Both the position numbers and the translations under genes were made by a program. The notes beneath the pieces are model-generated. The model searched no databases, was not told the DNA's origin, and saw only the letters and a list, made by a program, of their open reading frames with translations. A stretch of DNA of 64,000 nucleotides. Origin: Microthyrium microscopicum. Taxonomy: Eukaryota. This document shows, in pieces, positions 36,470-49,685 of this stretch. Location of the stretch: NCBI GenBank assembly GCA_010405405.1, contig MU004233.1:2396539-2460538 (forward strand). Direction: 5' to 3'. Numbering within the stretch: the first letter of the stretch is position 1; the number at the start of each line of letters is the position of its first letter.

Positions 36470-37748
36470 GATCGTACCTCTAGGATGATGAGGGAGACCC
36501 GCGTGGGATGGGCGACAACAACGATACCCGAAGATCTAAGCCTTGAACCGCGCAGGCATTTGCGGGATGTATGATAGAGTAGGGTGTAAGCATTATTTTT
36601 TTCTCCACATACAGCATAAAGTCAACGAACAGCATATACGCATCCCGAGATATCTTGGATTTTCTTGTTTGACAGTCATGAATCAAAAATGTTAGTCAAT
36701 GAACCAAAATACTCCTGACAGGCATTAGACATTGAAACACGTTGTAATGTTTACAGTAGCATTGTGCATAATTTCTTTTCATCAGGGCATCCTGGAATTG
36801 CTTGATATAGCAAAATGTCTACGCCGCGGATAGGCTACAACAGTACTGAAACATATATGATCGCGTGGTGTTTGTCTTCGGAAAGCAGTTCATGGCTCGT
36901 AAGGCTGAGCCAAAAGCTTCCATATCTATTGGACTGGAAGTATGCGGGATCAAGAGGTACAAGTTTGGTATCAAGTTGGGAGCGGGTGAACCAACGCCCT
37001 AATCTAGGAAGATTGATGACGTGCAGGGATTGGGGAAGGAGCGCAGGAAAGACAAGGCAGTTTCGACTGTTGGTTCTTTCCTTTTCAGCTTTGTACCAGG
37101 AGACAAGTTGCAAAGTAATCTTTGATAGATATCGGCTGGAATAGAAGCAGTCAAGGTGAAATAGAAATAGGTCAACAAACATTAAATAGCTTGTATTAGT
37201 TACAGATCCTCTGCATCAACTACTACAGTATCGCAGTGCAGTAGCTACGCAACAACGACTGGCCACAGTCGACTGCGACCTGCATGGGGACAACTCCGTA
37301 CAACATAACCTCACGGACCCACCACGCGCCCTGCACCACTCTGTAATTTATCGCCATCCATTGCATCCTAAGCTGCTTCTCCACTGTCTACCTGCATCCC
37401 TCTACCTCCACTCTACTACTACTACCTGTTTGCGCCTATCATCCTCCTATTATCCGCCCTCGAATCCTCATTACCTCTAACCTCAATCCTACAACTCCAC
37501 ATCTGCGACCGTGCCCCTCCACGCCCTCATCAGACTACATCTCAGCGTCGCCAACAATACTATCCCATCTCAGCTGCCTCTACATACCCCAGACCTCCTT
37601 TTCCCTCTTCAACAGAGTCCGGCGCCTACAATACATTCATCATCTCACTCCACTTGCTTGGATAGCTATTGGAGAGTCTCAACGCGCCAGCCGCGAAAGC
37701 TGGCGTCTTCCTCCGCTTCGTCGCGCTCTCACGTTCACATTCGCCTGA

Positions 37749-40700
37749 ATGGGCAATATAACGAGTAGACCTGGGGAGGATAGTGGGGGATCAGTATATT
37801 TACGAGATCAGACGCGCTGTACGTTCTGAGAATCGGGTTCGTAGCTGCAGTAGCTAACATCTGATTAGTTGCCATCTCTGGAATCACGATTACAAATGCG
37901 CGTAATAAAGTACTCCTCCATATTACTCCAAACGAATACCCGGCGACGCGCTATGTACCGAAAAGAGACAGCGCAGATGACCCACCTGTCGAGTTTATAC
38001 AAGTATGCTACTTCATGCCATGCGCTCGTCAAACTAACAATGCTTAGGACCCTGATGCTTCCCCCTCCGCCGGGCCTTCGTTTCTCTTGAAATTACAAAA
38101 CGAGGATGACTTGATATTCAATTTCTCATTCATCGTACGGCAGCAACAAGATCAGCAGTCGAATACCTCTGCCCCATCCTCCCTCGATACTTCTATAAAT
38201 GGCTTGACCTTCATCTTCGCCGCAACGCCAAAAGATCTTGACAATCTGGTTACCAACGAGCTCCATGCCGATCCAAATTTACATAAGAACAATCCAAATG
38301 TCCAACTTGTTGGCGATTACTCCACCAATGGCAACGGCTCAGTACAATTCTCATATACTTGGAGATGGAAGCCTCCGCGGGCTGCTGAAGAGCGTGTAAA
38401 GGGCTGGAGAAACTGCTGTAGTGTATGTAGACCAACACAGTTTGCTTCAAGATATACTGACATACCAATTAGTTTGTTGAATACGACCAGAGAAATCATC
38501 GGCTTGATCCGCTGGTATCATTCCAGTTTTGGGTCAATAGTAAGCTCTGACGTCAAGTCTTATGAATTCGGCTAATTGATCGTAGACGCACGACCTTCAA
38601 GTAGTCAAAAATCGCCAATTCGCTTAGATCCCGGAAGTACAGTTCGGTTAAGAGTTCCTTCAGCGCAATCTATAGAGTCTCGGATCAGCGACTCTGATGA
38701 TGGTGGGACATCCAATAGAGATGGTTTCCCAGTCTCACCTGGCTTTGATGTGATAGCGGAAGATCCCATGAATTTGGAGCATACAGTAACTGGAACAACT
38801 GCTGCATCTGTCAAGCTAGACGTCAATTGTCGACGGCCGGGCGATGATATAACAGCAGCCGAAGATGGGCCTTTGTTCAGGGCCACCATGAAAGCTATGG
38901 AATCGAAAACATCAAATATGCGGACACGATGGAAAAAGGTGATGAGACAAGCTGAGATTGCCTACAACACACAACAAATTCGTAATGATGCTATTGATTC
39001 GTTGCTTGAGGCTCTTCGAGAAGCGGCAGTTTCAAACGCAAATGCCGTTCAGCCAGCCATGGAACACTACTTTGACAAAATTGCCAAGGAGATCCTTCAG
39101 AACGACAGAAGAAATACCCGAGAGCTTCAAAAGCTCATAGTCGAACCAATCTCAAGACTTTACGCTCTGGATATCAAACAGGCTGACCAGAAGAAGCGGG
39201 ACTTTGACGAAGAATCCAAAGAATACTACTCCTTTGTGAGTAGGTATCTTGGTCAAAGGCAGGATTCTCTCAAGGAGAAAAAGCGGATCGAAACAGACAC
39301 CAAGTACCAAACTCGGCGAACGAGATTTGAGCTCAAGCGTCTTGATTACTCTTCATATCTTCAAGATCTACACGGAGGACGAAAGGATCAAGAAATTCTA
39401 TCAAATTTGACAAGGTTCGCTGACTCACAAGCGAAAGGCTACATAGACACTGCCAAGAAGATTGATGCGTTCCTGCCTCAACTTGAAGCTCTCAATTCTG
39501 AAGTCAGACAGGCCGATAATGCGTTCAAGATGCATAGATCGGAGCGAGAAGAAAAGCGACGTGCCCTAGAAAAGAGTATCCCCACAGCTCAGGATTCAGA
39601 GGGAGTGTATCAGGGACCAACATCTGGCCAGTATTCCAACGGGACTAATACTTCGCAACCAGCCGTGGACAACAACTCTCGCAACTTACCCATTGGCCGC
39701 AGTCAAAGCCAATCGGTCCAAGTATCAAGTGCTTTTGGGTCTTTATCGAGCAATACCTCAGGACAAGGAGGCGGGTTATCTAGTAGTCCCAGCAACAAGT
39801 TCAAGGGTATTCGAGATTTAGAAGAGCGAGATTATGCTGCCATGAATGATGCTGGTGGTAATGCTGCTCAAAGAAAAGAGGGTCTAGTTTGGGCACTCAG
39901 TCGGCCTGGACTGCATATTGATCCAAGAGGATTGAACAAGCAAGCTTGGCACAAGTAAGTTATGTCAGTCTCGCCTTACGATCTCGCTAATAGCCATATA
40001 GGTTTTGGATCGTACTTGATCAAGGCAAATTATCCGAGTATACCAACTGGAAGCAAAAGCTGGACCTCCACATGGACCCGATCGACCTCCGGATAGCGTC
40101 AGTCCGCGAAGCCAGAAATGCCGACCGCCGCTTCTGCTTTGAAGTCGTCACTCCTAATTTCACCCGTGTATATCAAGCGACCTCTGAAGAAGATATGAAA
40201 TCCTGGATCTATACTATTAATAACGCACTACAGAGTGCCGTTGAGAGTAGAGACGACTCTCAACCTGTATCACTAGACTCTCCATCCGGTTCTATTCGAA
40301 AAGATTTTGCCACAGCATTGACTGGCAAGAGCAATTCTCAAAGATTCAATCGCGACTATTCTGGACACAAAGTCGGTCGGCACGCTACGGTTGGTGATAG
40401 GCCACCAAACCGTGTTCAAATTGAACCAAATGAGAGTTCACTGAAGCTTCTTGAAAAGCTGAAAGAAGCGGATGAAAGCAACAGATTCTGCGCTGATTGT
40501 GGATCCGAGAGCAAAGTTGATTGGGTCTCTATCAATTTGAGCGTCATCATTTGCATCGAGTGTAGTGGTATACATCGATCCCTAGGCACCCATGTGTCCA
40601 AGGTTCGATCACTTACACTTGATCCAAACGCTTTTACCCAAGACGTTGTTGAGATCCTTCTCACTCTCGGCAACCGGACAAGCAACAACGTATGGGAAGC

Positions 40701-41562
40701 CAAGCTAGACCGCGCTCTTAAGCCAAATCCCCAGTCTTCTCGCGAGCAACGTCTCCGCTTCATCACCAGCAAATACTCTGAGCGAGCCTTTGTAGCACCA
40801 ATCTCCTCCACTCTCTCGCACTACGGCTCTGCGGACGAAACTCTCCTTGCCTCCATTAAGAAGAATGACATTGCCAACGTCGCCTACGCCCTCGCTCTCC
40901 AAGCCAGCCCCAATGTAGTCGACAAGTCTCGGAGCACCCACGCCATCTATCTCGCCCTTGCTGCAGCCGACCCAGCCTCACCCGGTGGCATGCCTTCCCC
41001 CAATCTTTCGGAACACCCGTCTCCTCCCCAGCAGCCAAACGCACCGCCAACTCGTAAACCATTTCCCATCGCCGAACTACTCATCCTCAACGGCGCCACC
41101 CTCCCAATCGCTCCACCGCCCATCCCGCTCTCAAGGTCCGCTCGACTGTATCTAGAATCGAAGGCCTCTCAACTCAATGGTCGGCGCATGACCACCACGT
41201 CTGGCAACTCCAACTCTTCAAATCCGTCCTATCCTAATCTCTCGCCAAATCCCTCAGTCTCCCAATCCCGTCTCTACGCACCAACATCCGCGCCCTCAGC
41301 ACCTTCCATAACTTCCGTCACCCCATCCTCTGAACATTCGCCGCGCATTGGTCATGACGGAATCGGAACAGGCGGCGACACACTGACCGCCCTTCCCAGT
41401 ATTGCAAACTCGCCCGGCGAACATGGAATACGTCGCAAACGACTAAGTTCAGGTGGCCGGTTGCAAAAGCCATTACCAAGCCAGCCAGCTGCTAGTCCGC
41501 CGCCGACTTATGGCTTTGGAAGTCCAGGCACGCCAAGCGGTGGGAACGGCGCACAATTCTAG
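37749..41562 (+). CDS. BAR-PH-ArfGAP protein (Age1/Csx2/centaurin-like), multi-exon
   Basis: MGNITSRP..VYLRDQ start; BAR region EDGPLFRATMKAME; PH region KQAWHK|FWIVLDQGKL and RRFCFEVVTP; ArfGAP zinc finger CADCGS...WVSINL..CIECSGIHRSLGTHVSKVRSLTLD. Confidence 0.93.
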
Positions 41563-42901
41563 TAGCATCAGCGCCGACGACGGGTCAGGCGGAGGTTACA
41601 TTTTCACGGCCGTCGTGTGGTTCATTGGTATGGAAGACCGGTGGGGCGGCGATTGATCAAGGGCTGAAGCGCTGTTACGTTGAAGTGATGTACTTTGGCG
41701 AACTGTTGTATACTGCAGAATGGCTGGTGGTGATATGGGTGAGACGTGATTTTCATTTTTGTTTTGGTTGTACAGTGTGTACAGAACGGAAGTATTAATG
41801 TGGCGTTTCTTTCTGGTTATATTTGGTATTCTTGTTATATGGGAATGAATGGGGTGCCTTTGGATTGGCACAGATGTAACGGTACAGAGACAAGAACTGG
41901 CCAGTTCGTTGATGGGGGCATTGTTGGCTACATAATGAATATGTTGATTTGGTGTCGTTGAGTCGTTGCTTTTTGATTGTATGCCTCCGATTGATATATT
42001 TGATTACGAATATTGTAGACGGACTTGGCAGATCTATGATCAGTCCGCAAGAGAACTCAATGTGCAAAATGATTTACGCTGGAAGCAAATAAGTCTAGAA
42101 ATGATGTTTCGTGTATTTTGAATATCGGAAAAGTAGTAAATAGGCATTTCAAACCACGCCCTACTCCATCCACTATCAACTTCCCACTTATATCCATCCG
42201 ATCCGACCCCCAAAACCAAGGAGAGAGAGAGAAAAACTCAACGTCAGTCAGCACGCGTGCAAAAAAACACCATAACTAGCCAGGATACGCAAAGTCCGCA
42301 ACCACATTAGATTCATCGCCAGATTCAATCGCCGAACGAGTTCCATAAAGCACAAAGAGCCAGCAAGGTGAGGGAAGTAGTTTAATTTCAAAAGGATATC
42401 AAGAAAGGATTTGTTGTAGTCGTATTGCGATTGTTGCTTGCATATTCTCTTCGTTGAAAGGGATCCTGATGGATTTGGTGGGATCCAATGCATTTCGCGG
42501 CTTATTAGAATTGATTGCTGAGTCTGATGCTTTGGCCGGAAAGATCCGAAGGCTTTGCGGTATCCTTGGCAAGTCGGTGAGTGAGAGAGATGCAGCAAGC
42601 AAAAGCAGGTGTGTCGTCAAGAGGCTGGTATAAGAGGGAAAAGGCTTAGTGTATTCGTAGCAAAAAAATGCAAAAATCGATAGCGTTGCGGTGGTTGTCG
42701 TGATCGAAATGATTTATCGGTTTTCGGGAAGAGCTTCGTGTATCTGTGTATCTGTGTAATTCCATGTCTGCTCCTTCAAGGATCGCAAAGAGTTGCTTTC
42801 CGCCTCTTGGTCTGAGGTCATGCTCTTTCGCCCCCGGCCACTCTCAACGCCTTATCTGTCCAGAAATCATCCAGAAATCACACGGTCAATCTCCTCGCTG
42901 C

Positions 42902-43324
42902 CTATGCCGCCGAAGCCTTGACAGCAACACCAGCACTTCTCTCGCTCGTTGCCTTGTTCTTTCCCTTTGTAAAGCTCGCGTCCTGGCTGCTCATCCGTCT
43001 CCCGAGTGCGCGCTCCAGCTTGGCGCCCAGTGCTAACTTGCTGATCTCTTCTCGCTTGCCTTCACTGACTACGTAGCGTTGGCTAGTCAACCGAGGCTCT
43101 TCGAGGCGCGCGAGTGTGGCATGTACGGCACTCATGTCTTGGGCCATTGGTGATGTCTGGTCATTCTTGGAGTGGTTGTATTTTTCATTGTGGTGAGAGT
43201 CATCGTCGGAGCCGACGGATAGGTGGGAGGGCGCGATAGAGGGGGCGAGGGTTGGTGTGATGCTGAAGGTTGAGTAGCGGGTTGAAGCGCGCTTAGCACT
43301 GGTTTGTTGGGGTTGTTGAGACAT
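42902..43324 (-). CDS. Small conserved-looking fungal hypothetical protein (about 140 aa)
   Basis: ATG at 43324 MSQQPQQ...; C-terminal LTSQRYV.SE.K.EEISKLALGAKLERALGRRMSSQDA. The upstream part of the long ORF-track entry looks like 5' UTR. Confidence 0.7.
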   Translation of the reverse strand: MSQQPQQTSAKRASTRYSTFSITPTLAPSIAPSHLSVGSDDDSHHNEKYNHSKNDQTSPMAQDMSAVHATLARLEEPRLTSQRYVVSEGKREEISKLALGAKLERALGRRMSSQDASFTKGKNKATSERSAGVAVKASAA

Positions 43325-46300
43325 ATTGTGGTGGTTGAAGGGAAGGGAGAAGTTTGTCTGTTGGGGAGGAAGAGAGGCGGTTAGTTTTGGGTTTGGGTTC
43401 TTTATTGGGAGGAGACGGTGAGGGTAAGTCGAGTGAGTGGATTGGTTGGTTGAGATGTGAGTGGTAGTTGTAGGCGGCAGAAAGTGGGATGGGGAAAGAG
43501 TGGATAGATTGCGGCTGCCAGATTGGTTTTGGGGGCAGAGTGCAGTCAGTGTAGGTATATGAGTGCGCAGAGTGGAGAGTGCAGATGTGCAGGACTGGTA
43601 CGAGATCACGCATGCAGTAGGAGAAGCGAGAGGGAATAATGAACAACTCAAGCAGTGCTTTGGGTGGGCAATTTGTTGCTTATGTTTTGTCTTGAGTCTG
43701 GGCTGAGCTGACTTACTGTTGTTGCTGCGCCTTGGGTTGTGCTGGCCATGGTATAATTGTAAAGAACTGACTGTGGTTGGATCAGATGTTTCAGTGATTC
43801 CAGACTGTTTCGGGTCCTGTTGGGATTGCCAAAACAGCAATAGGAAAGTCACAAGAGTAATTCTCTAGGTTACGCGTTATAGTTGCTTTGGCGGAAGGAT
43901 CTGTTGGTTTTCTGTAGGATTGTTGAATGGGATAGACGGCGGGATGGAGGAGGGGAAGTTGAGGATGAGAGATGGACGTCGGCGAGATGTGCGGCGAAGA
44001 TGGACAGCGGAATCTTCAGGTTTAGGTAGTGCAAGGTGTGACAGGAGCAGGGCGGTAGAAGCTAGGAACAGAGAGCGTGGGTTCCAAGGTTCCTGTTTTG
44101 AAGCCGCAATGCTGGAATCAAGGGGTGATCGTAGCTAGGTTGGGATTGGAGGACAATGTACGGAGTAAGACAGAGAATAGAGAAAATGGTCGAGGAAAAG
44201 GAAGAGGATAGGATGACGAGAGGGCTCTATGCTTGTACTATTGGAAAAACGAAAGCAAGAGCGTCTGTATTTCAAGTTGTAGCGAGACTGGGCTGAAGCT
44301 TAAAAAACAACAGTCGGCAGGCAGGATTCGGGGTTTCCAAGGTTGCATATTCTTCTCCTCACATAACAGGTACCCCCAGCCAAAATAAAGTAATCAAAAT
44401 GTAATTCAGGAATCAGGATTGATCGTTGATCGCTCCTGGACCCACTCACTCGATAAACGACAAGGAAGTTGAACTACCAACCTGTCAGTTCTTAGTCGTA
44501 GACATTTATTAATACTACTCAAGCCACCAAACAGTCTTTTCTTTACCACCCGCTAGAGTTCTTGTCCAAGCCTCCAAGCACCAACATTCAGGAACGATTG
44601 AAGCCCGAAACCCACCTGAACAACCAGACTTGCCAGACTATTGCCAGCAACCGCGTGTCCCGTATGATCGGACCAATTAAATGGATATGTTGCTTGAAAA
44701 GAAAGAGATACTTGCCTCTCCAACTCATCATAAATAAGCCGCAGACCTCAGTCGTGGTAAACTTGACGCAGTCGTCCGAATTGAGCAAGATTGGAAAAAC
44801 CAAAGTCCAAATCAGGCCAGTCTCCCGCCTCAAAACCGCCGTTTCAAAGTCAAATCTCGCGTGGCCAGCATGGGTTGGTTCCCCTCCCCACTTTTAGACA
44901 CGTTTAGCCTGCCGCTCGAACTTGCTTCTTCCTCCAATTTCTCAACCCCATTTCACACAAAGCAATGTCTGAAATCTCAAAGACATCCGTTCTTCCCTGA
45001 CAACCATCAACATCTCGACATCTGAATGTAGAGGACCCTTTTAGTTTTACTGAAGATGCCAAAGCGACAACCACGAGCCAGACCTCCTTATATACAAGCA
45101 ATCCTTGCCTCAACCGTCCAAGCACCATCTTTGAGCAACCGTCCGCAACCATACAATCCCCGTACCATCAATATATCTCATCACTTCCCAATATAAGCAC
45201 AAGGGGTTACCCGGTCCGAACAAGAGACATGGGTTTTACTGAACGAACGGCTGTCTCATCTTACACTTGTGCCACACTGCGGCCACGTTGTTGGGCACAG
45301 ATCGCTTGTCAGTGAGTTCAACGGCCGCTATACCGATTTCTATATATATGGTCTGGTCGCAGAGTTGTACAATGTCTTGTCGTTGGCAGAGAGATTCTTG
45401 CTTTTGGGATGTCTGGGTTCCAGAATGTTAAAAATGCAGGAATTCTGAAAGAATGTCTGCCAAGGCTGGGATCTTTATTTTCCTCGATCCTGCAGTTTAT
45501 GCTAATATGGTTCCATGTTGGATACCTGCCTGAGAGGACAAGAGCCGTGTGCTTTGGATGCAACGCTGATAGCTGGTATCTCAGCCCGTTGAGATCAAGC
45601 AGCATATCAACCGACTGGCAAAATAAATGGCACGCTTCCACCAACGCTGCTAAAGAAACAATACTGCATCTCCCATCATATTCGCTAAAATTTTAGTCAT
45701 TTAATCCGTCTATGGGAAATAAAGTACTCGATAATAGAGCATGCTATAGTGCAGCCAGCGAGATTGATGGGAGCGCGCCATATATTTTGCCAGTTCGTTG
45801 CATCTGCAGAGATATCAGATCTTGGCCTGTCCTGTCCTGTCCAGAATCCCGATCTGCTTCAGAGCGTATCTCATTTCCATCCTGGCTCCCATTGCAATCT
45901 ACGCGAGGACAGTTCGCTTACGCGCTCTTCTCTTGGATATTCCTAGTCGATCTTTTCTCTTCGCAAAATGTGATGCAGTTCGCATATTCTCTCAACTTGC
46001 AAGGCTGAGCCTCGGTAAGGCTGAATTGCTTGCGCAAGTACTGCACCTCGAAGGCTTCTGGTTTTTGCGACGTGACTACTGGCTAAGAACTCGAAAGTAT
46101 AGTGGGAAGCACTGTTGGATGAGTAGTACTATGTATTGAAGGTCCTTCACCGAGCCTCGCGATGGGGTATCGGCGGTCTGGGTACCATCCGCAGATTCCG
46201 CGAGGAGTTATTTCGGCTGTTGTAACACATTTTATACTATGGTGAGAAGTTCTTCATTGTGGTAATGTTTTCTGATTTCAGTTAGCTATTCTTCTTGAGT

Positions 46301-46515
46301 CTCTCAATCGGTCGTTTGAACACAAGTAGCTCGAACCATTCTCACTATGATAATGTAAGACCTTCTGACTGTGAATTTGAATTGATCAGTCACATATTCT
46401 TTCGCCTATATATTTGCTTGCAATTCATGAGTTCTCTTTTTTGAATTTGTGCTTCTTACCATACTTTAATCAACGTACTTCAAAAAGCAAACAAAATACT
46501 ACAACCAATATCAAT

Positions 46516-46686
46516 ATGAAGAACTTTGATCCAATCAGACTGGTTGACAGAGACGGCGACGACGACGATGAGGAGCCAGATAGCCCGCCGCCAACCCCAC
46601 CAGAGCAGCCGCCGGACATTGGAGGTGTTCCAGGCCAGCCTTGGTCGCCTCCGTTCGGTGGAGGCAAGAACGCTGTATGTACCTGA
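46516..46686 (+). CDS. Possible small acidic/Pro-rich protein (first exon)
   Basis: A-rich leader and ATG at 46516, MKNFDPIRLVDRDGDDDDEEPDSPPPTPPE; GTATGT donor-like site near 46675. Confidence 0.3.
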   Translation: MKNFDPIRLVDRDGDDDDEEPDSPPPTPPEQPPDIGGVPGQPWSPPFGGGKNAVCT

Positions 46687-48004
46687 CATCCTGATGTTGA
46701 AGTATTAGATCAAGTTGAATGACACGAGAAGCTAACGAGCGATTGCTAGTGAGAGAGTCAGGGAATGAATCGGTGTCTCGTTTGCCGGTATTAGGAAAGA
46801 CAATGGGACAACTTGGTGCTAGATTCTTTCCATCTTAGGCTTGTTCGTGGATTTGTTTGTAAATAACGCGACGGAGCTTTTGGAGTTGGCTCTGGCGTTT
46901 ATAGCGTGGTGTAGAGAACCAAACTGGAATGTTCTCCACTCTGAATGAAATGATGATTTCAACTTTTCTCTCGGATGTCATGAGATCCAGTATATACGTG
47001 AACTCCAATTGAAACCGCAAATCGACAGTATGCAGATTTTATGCCTCAAGTCCATTGAGAGTGCAAAGAGAAGGGACGAGATATATTGAAGACAAGGATC
47101 AGGTCGGAGATAATCGGCGCAGAAGGTGCGCCTTCCATCAGAGCTTCTGGTGCCTTCCGCGCTTACTGTCTGCAACTGCGGTTATGATTTGTGGTATTAA
47201 ACGCACGGCAGATAGGACCAACAGGAGGTGCGATCAAGCACGCCAAGCAGGTTGCGCACAGACAGAACCGTACCTTCCCCAAAAGTTGTGCCGCTGTGCG
47301 TGCCTGCTTGCTGCAGCTTGACGACTGCTCTTTCCAATCCCAATCAACCAACCACAGTTGACCCAACCAAAGCAGTCACGACTCTTGAAAATCTTCCTCC
47401 AGTTCTTCTCCACCAACCTATCCATCACCACCACTACGTTCATCTCTCCAAAATTACTCTACAACCCATTCTCCATCAAACTCCTTCATCTACCCTTTCT
47501 ATCCATCTAGCTACTTACTCACCCTCCTTCTCTACCCAACAATCAATCCAGCTGTGATCATCGCCATCACTGCACCCCATCACTTGATCAGTTGCTCGCC
47601 CCGTTTGCAACACCATCAAAATCTCCGCTACCTCTTCGCGTCGCACCTATCGCCGCCCTCGAGCTTCTTGCATCTCCCCGTGATCCTCCATCTTCTCGAG
47701 AATCACTCTCCTACCTCGTTCCTAGATCATTCCCGTGCTCTTCGCGTCGGGTTTTGCGATAGTCTCGTGTTGGCGTTGGTGCTTTCCTTGGGCACTACCC
47801 GTTCTAGTAAGCTATCCCAGCAATGTTTATCATTTTGGTTCTTGACACTTAATAGCATAACGACCTTTTATTCACACTTGATTCCAAGCGATTAACTGCA
47901 TCGACAGTGCCATTCTAAAACCCCTCTATAATTTCATTCAACACTACAACCAGTTAGTCACCAGCTTCTACCTCTTGCGATCCATCTAATTCTACCTAGA
48001 CAAC

Positions 48005-49685
48005 ATGGCTACCGAACTTTCCGGCCCAACTAACGGATACTCCGTCCCTACCTCTACCTCTCCCGGCCCAGCGCAAACACCTTCTACTCAGACAGCAGAC
48101 TTTAAGAAAGAAGAGATTGGCTGGTATTTCGTCGAGCGCTACTACAATACACTAAGCAAGAACCCTGATAATCTCTACCTGCTGTACAACAAGAAGTCTC
48201 AATTCGTAGCGGGCAAGGAAGAGGAGAAGGTCAAAGTCTCCATTGGCCTCAAGGTATGCACACTCTGGGACTGCTTTCATACTTCAGATCTAACTAGCCT
48301 AGGCCATCAATGAGCGTGTCAAGGAGCTCAACTACCAAAACTGCAAGGTCCGAATTACCAATGTCGATTCTCAAGCTTCTGCCGACAACATTGTTGTTCA
48401 GGTCATTGGCGAGATGACTGATGACTTGCAACCCCATCGCAAGTTCGCTCAGACATTTGTCCTTGCTCCTCAACCTCAGGGATACTATCTTCTCAACGAT
48501 ATCCTTCGCTTCCTAAACGAGGATGAAGAAGAGCCAATCGAGGCCCAAGCTGAGGAGACCAAGCCTGTTGAGGAGGAGGCTGCACCTCTTCCCGTCGAGA
48601 CCAAGTCTGAGGAAAAGGCCATCTCAACTGAGGAGACAATTGCCAAAGTTGACGAGCAACTCGAAGAGACTGCCAAGGCTGAGGAAGTCAAACCAGTTAA
48701 TGGTACTTCTCATGTCGCCCAGGCCGTCGATGAGCCAGTTGAGGAGGCTGCCAGTGTTCCTGTTGAGGACGAGACACCTACCAAGGCTGAAGAAGCCGCC
48801 GCAGCACCATCACCAGCTGCCGAGAAGCCAGCTGAGCCTACCCCCACACCAGCCGAGCCAAAGGCCGCTCCAAAGGCTGCTCCAGTCCCAACAAAACCGG
48901 CCACTCCAATGAGCTGGGCTCAGCGTCTTAGTGCAAACTCGGCTCGTCAGGCCGCTGCATCTGCATCTGCAGCTCCAGCTGCCGCGTCCGCCGCCCCGGC
49001 TGCTTCAACACCAGCACCCAAGCCAGCTCCTCAATCATCGAGCACCCAAGCCACTGCTCCCACCACTGCCCCTGCGCAGACCGCCGCTCCCGCTCGTGAA
49101 CCATCCCCAGTTGACAGCAACCAAGAAGGCTCAACAGGTGGATGGCAAATGGCCGGAGCTGACCACAGCCGTACCAAGTCTCGTAGTGCGCAAGCTGGTC
49201 CTCAGACCACTGACAACGGGCATGTCCGCGCCTATGTGAAGAACGTCTACCAAACCGTTGGTGCAGAGGATCTGAAGGCTGCACTTTCCAAATATGGCGA
49301 GCTCGCCTATTTCGATATTAGCCGACAGAAGGTAAGCAGCAATCCACAATCCTAAAAGCTTGACACTAATCATATCAAACAGAACTCTGCATTCGTCGAA
49401 TTTAAGAACGTCGACGGATTCAAGGCTGCTGTCGCTGCTAATCCACACAAGATCGGCACTGATAACGTCATTGTCGAGGAGCGTCGGATTACGCCTCAGT
49501 TCTCAGGACGTGGTAACACTCGTGGCGGTAGAGGCGGATTCGAAGGTCGCACCAACCCAGGAGGCCGTGGAGGTTTCGCCAACAAAGAGGGCGGCGCTCC
49601 TCGTGGCAACTTTACTGGAAACCGAGGTGGTCGTGGTGGCCCTGCTGTTCCAAACCGTGGTGGCCGACCTCAACAAGCTGTTTAG
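48005..49685 (+). CDS. NTF2-RRM-RGG protein (G3BP/Nxt3/Bre5 family), 3 coding exons
   Basis: EIGWYFVERYYNTLSK.P..L (NTF2), RKFAQTFVLAPQPQGYYLLNDILR, acidic/Pro linker, RRM AYVKNV...AFVEF, RGG tail; TAG 49683-49685. Confidence 0.93.

Noticed and set aside
43325..43852. N-terminal 176 codons of the 316-aa ORF-track entry
   Set aside because: Non-ATG start and low-complexity C/A-rich composition typical of a 5' UTR; the likely start is 43324.
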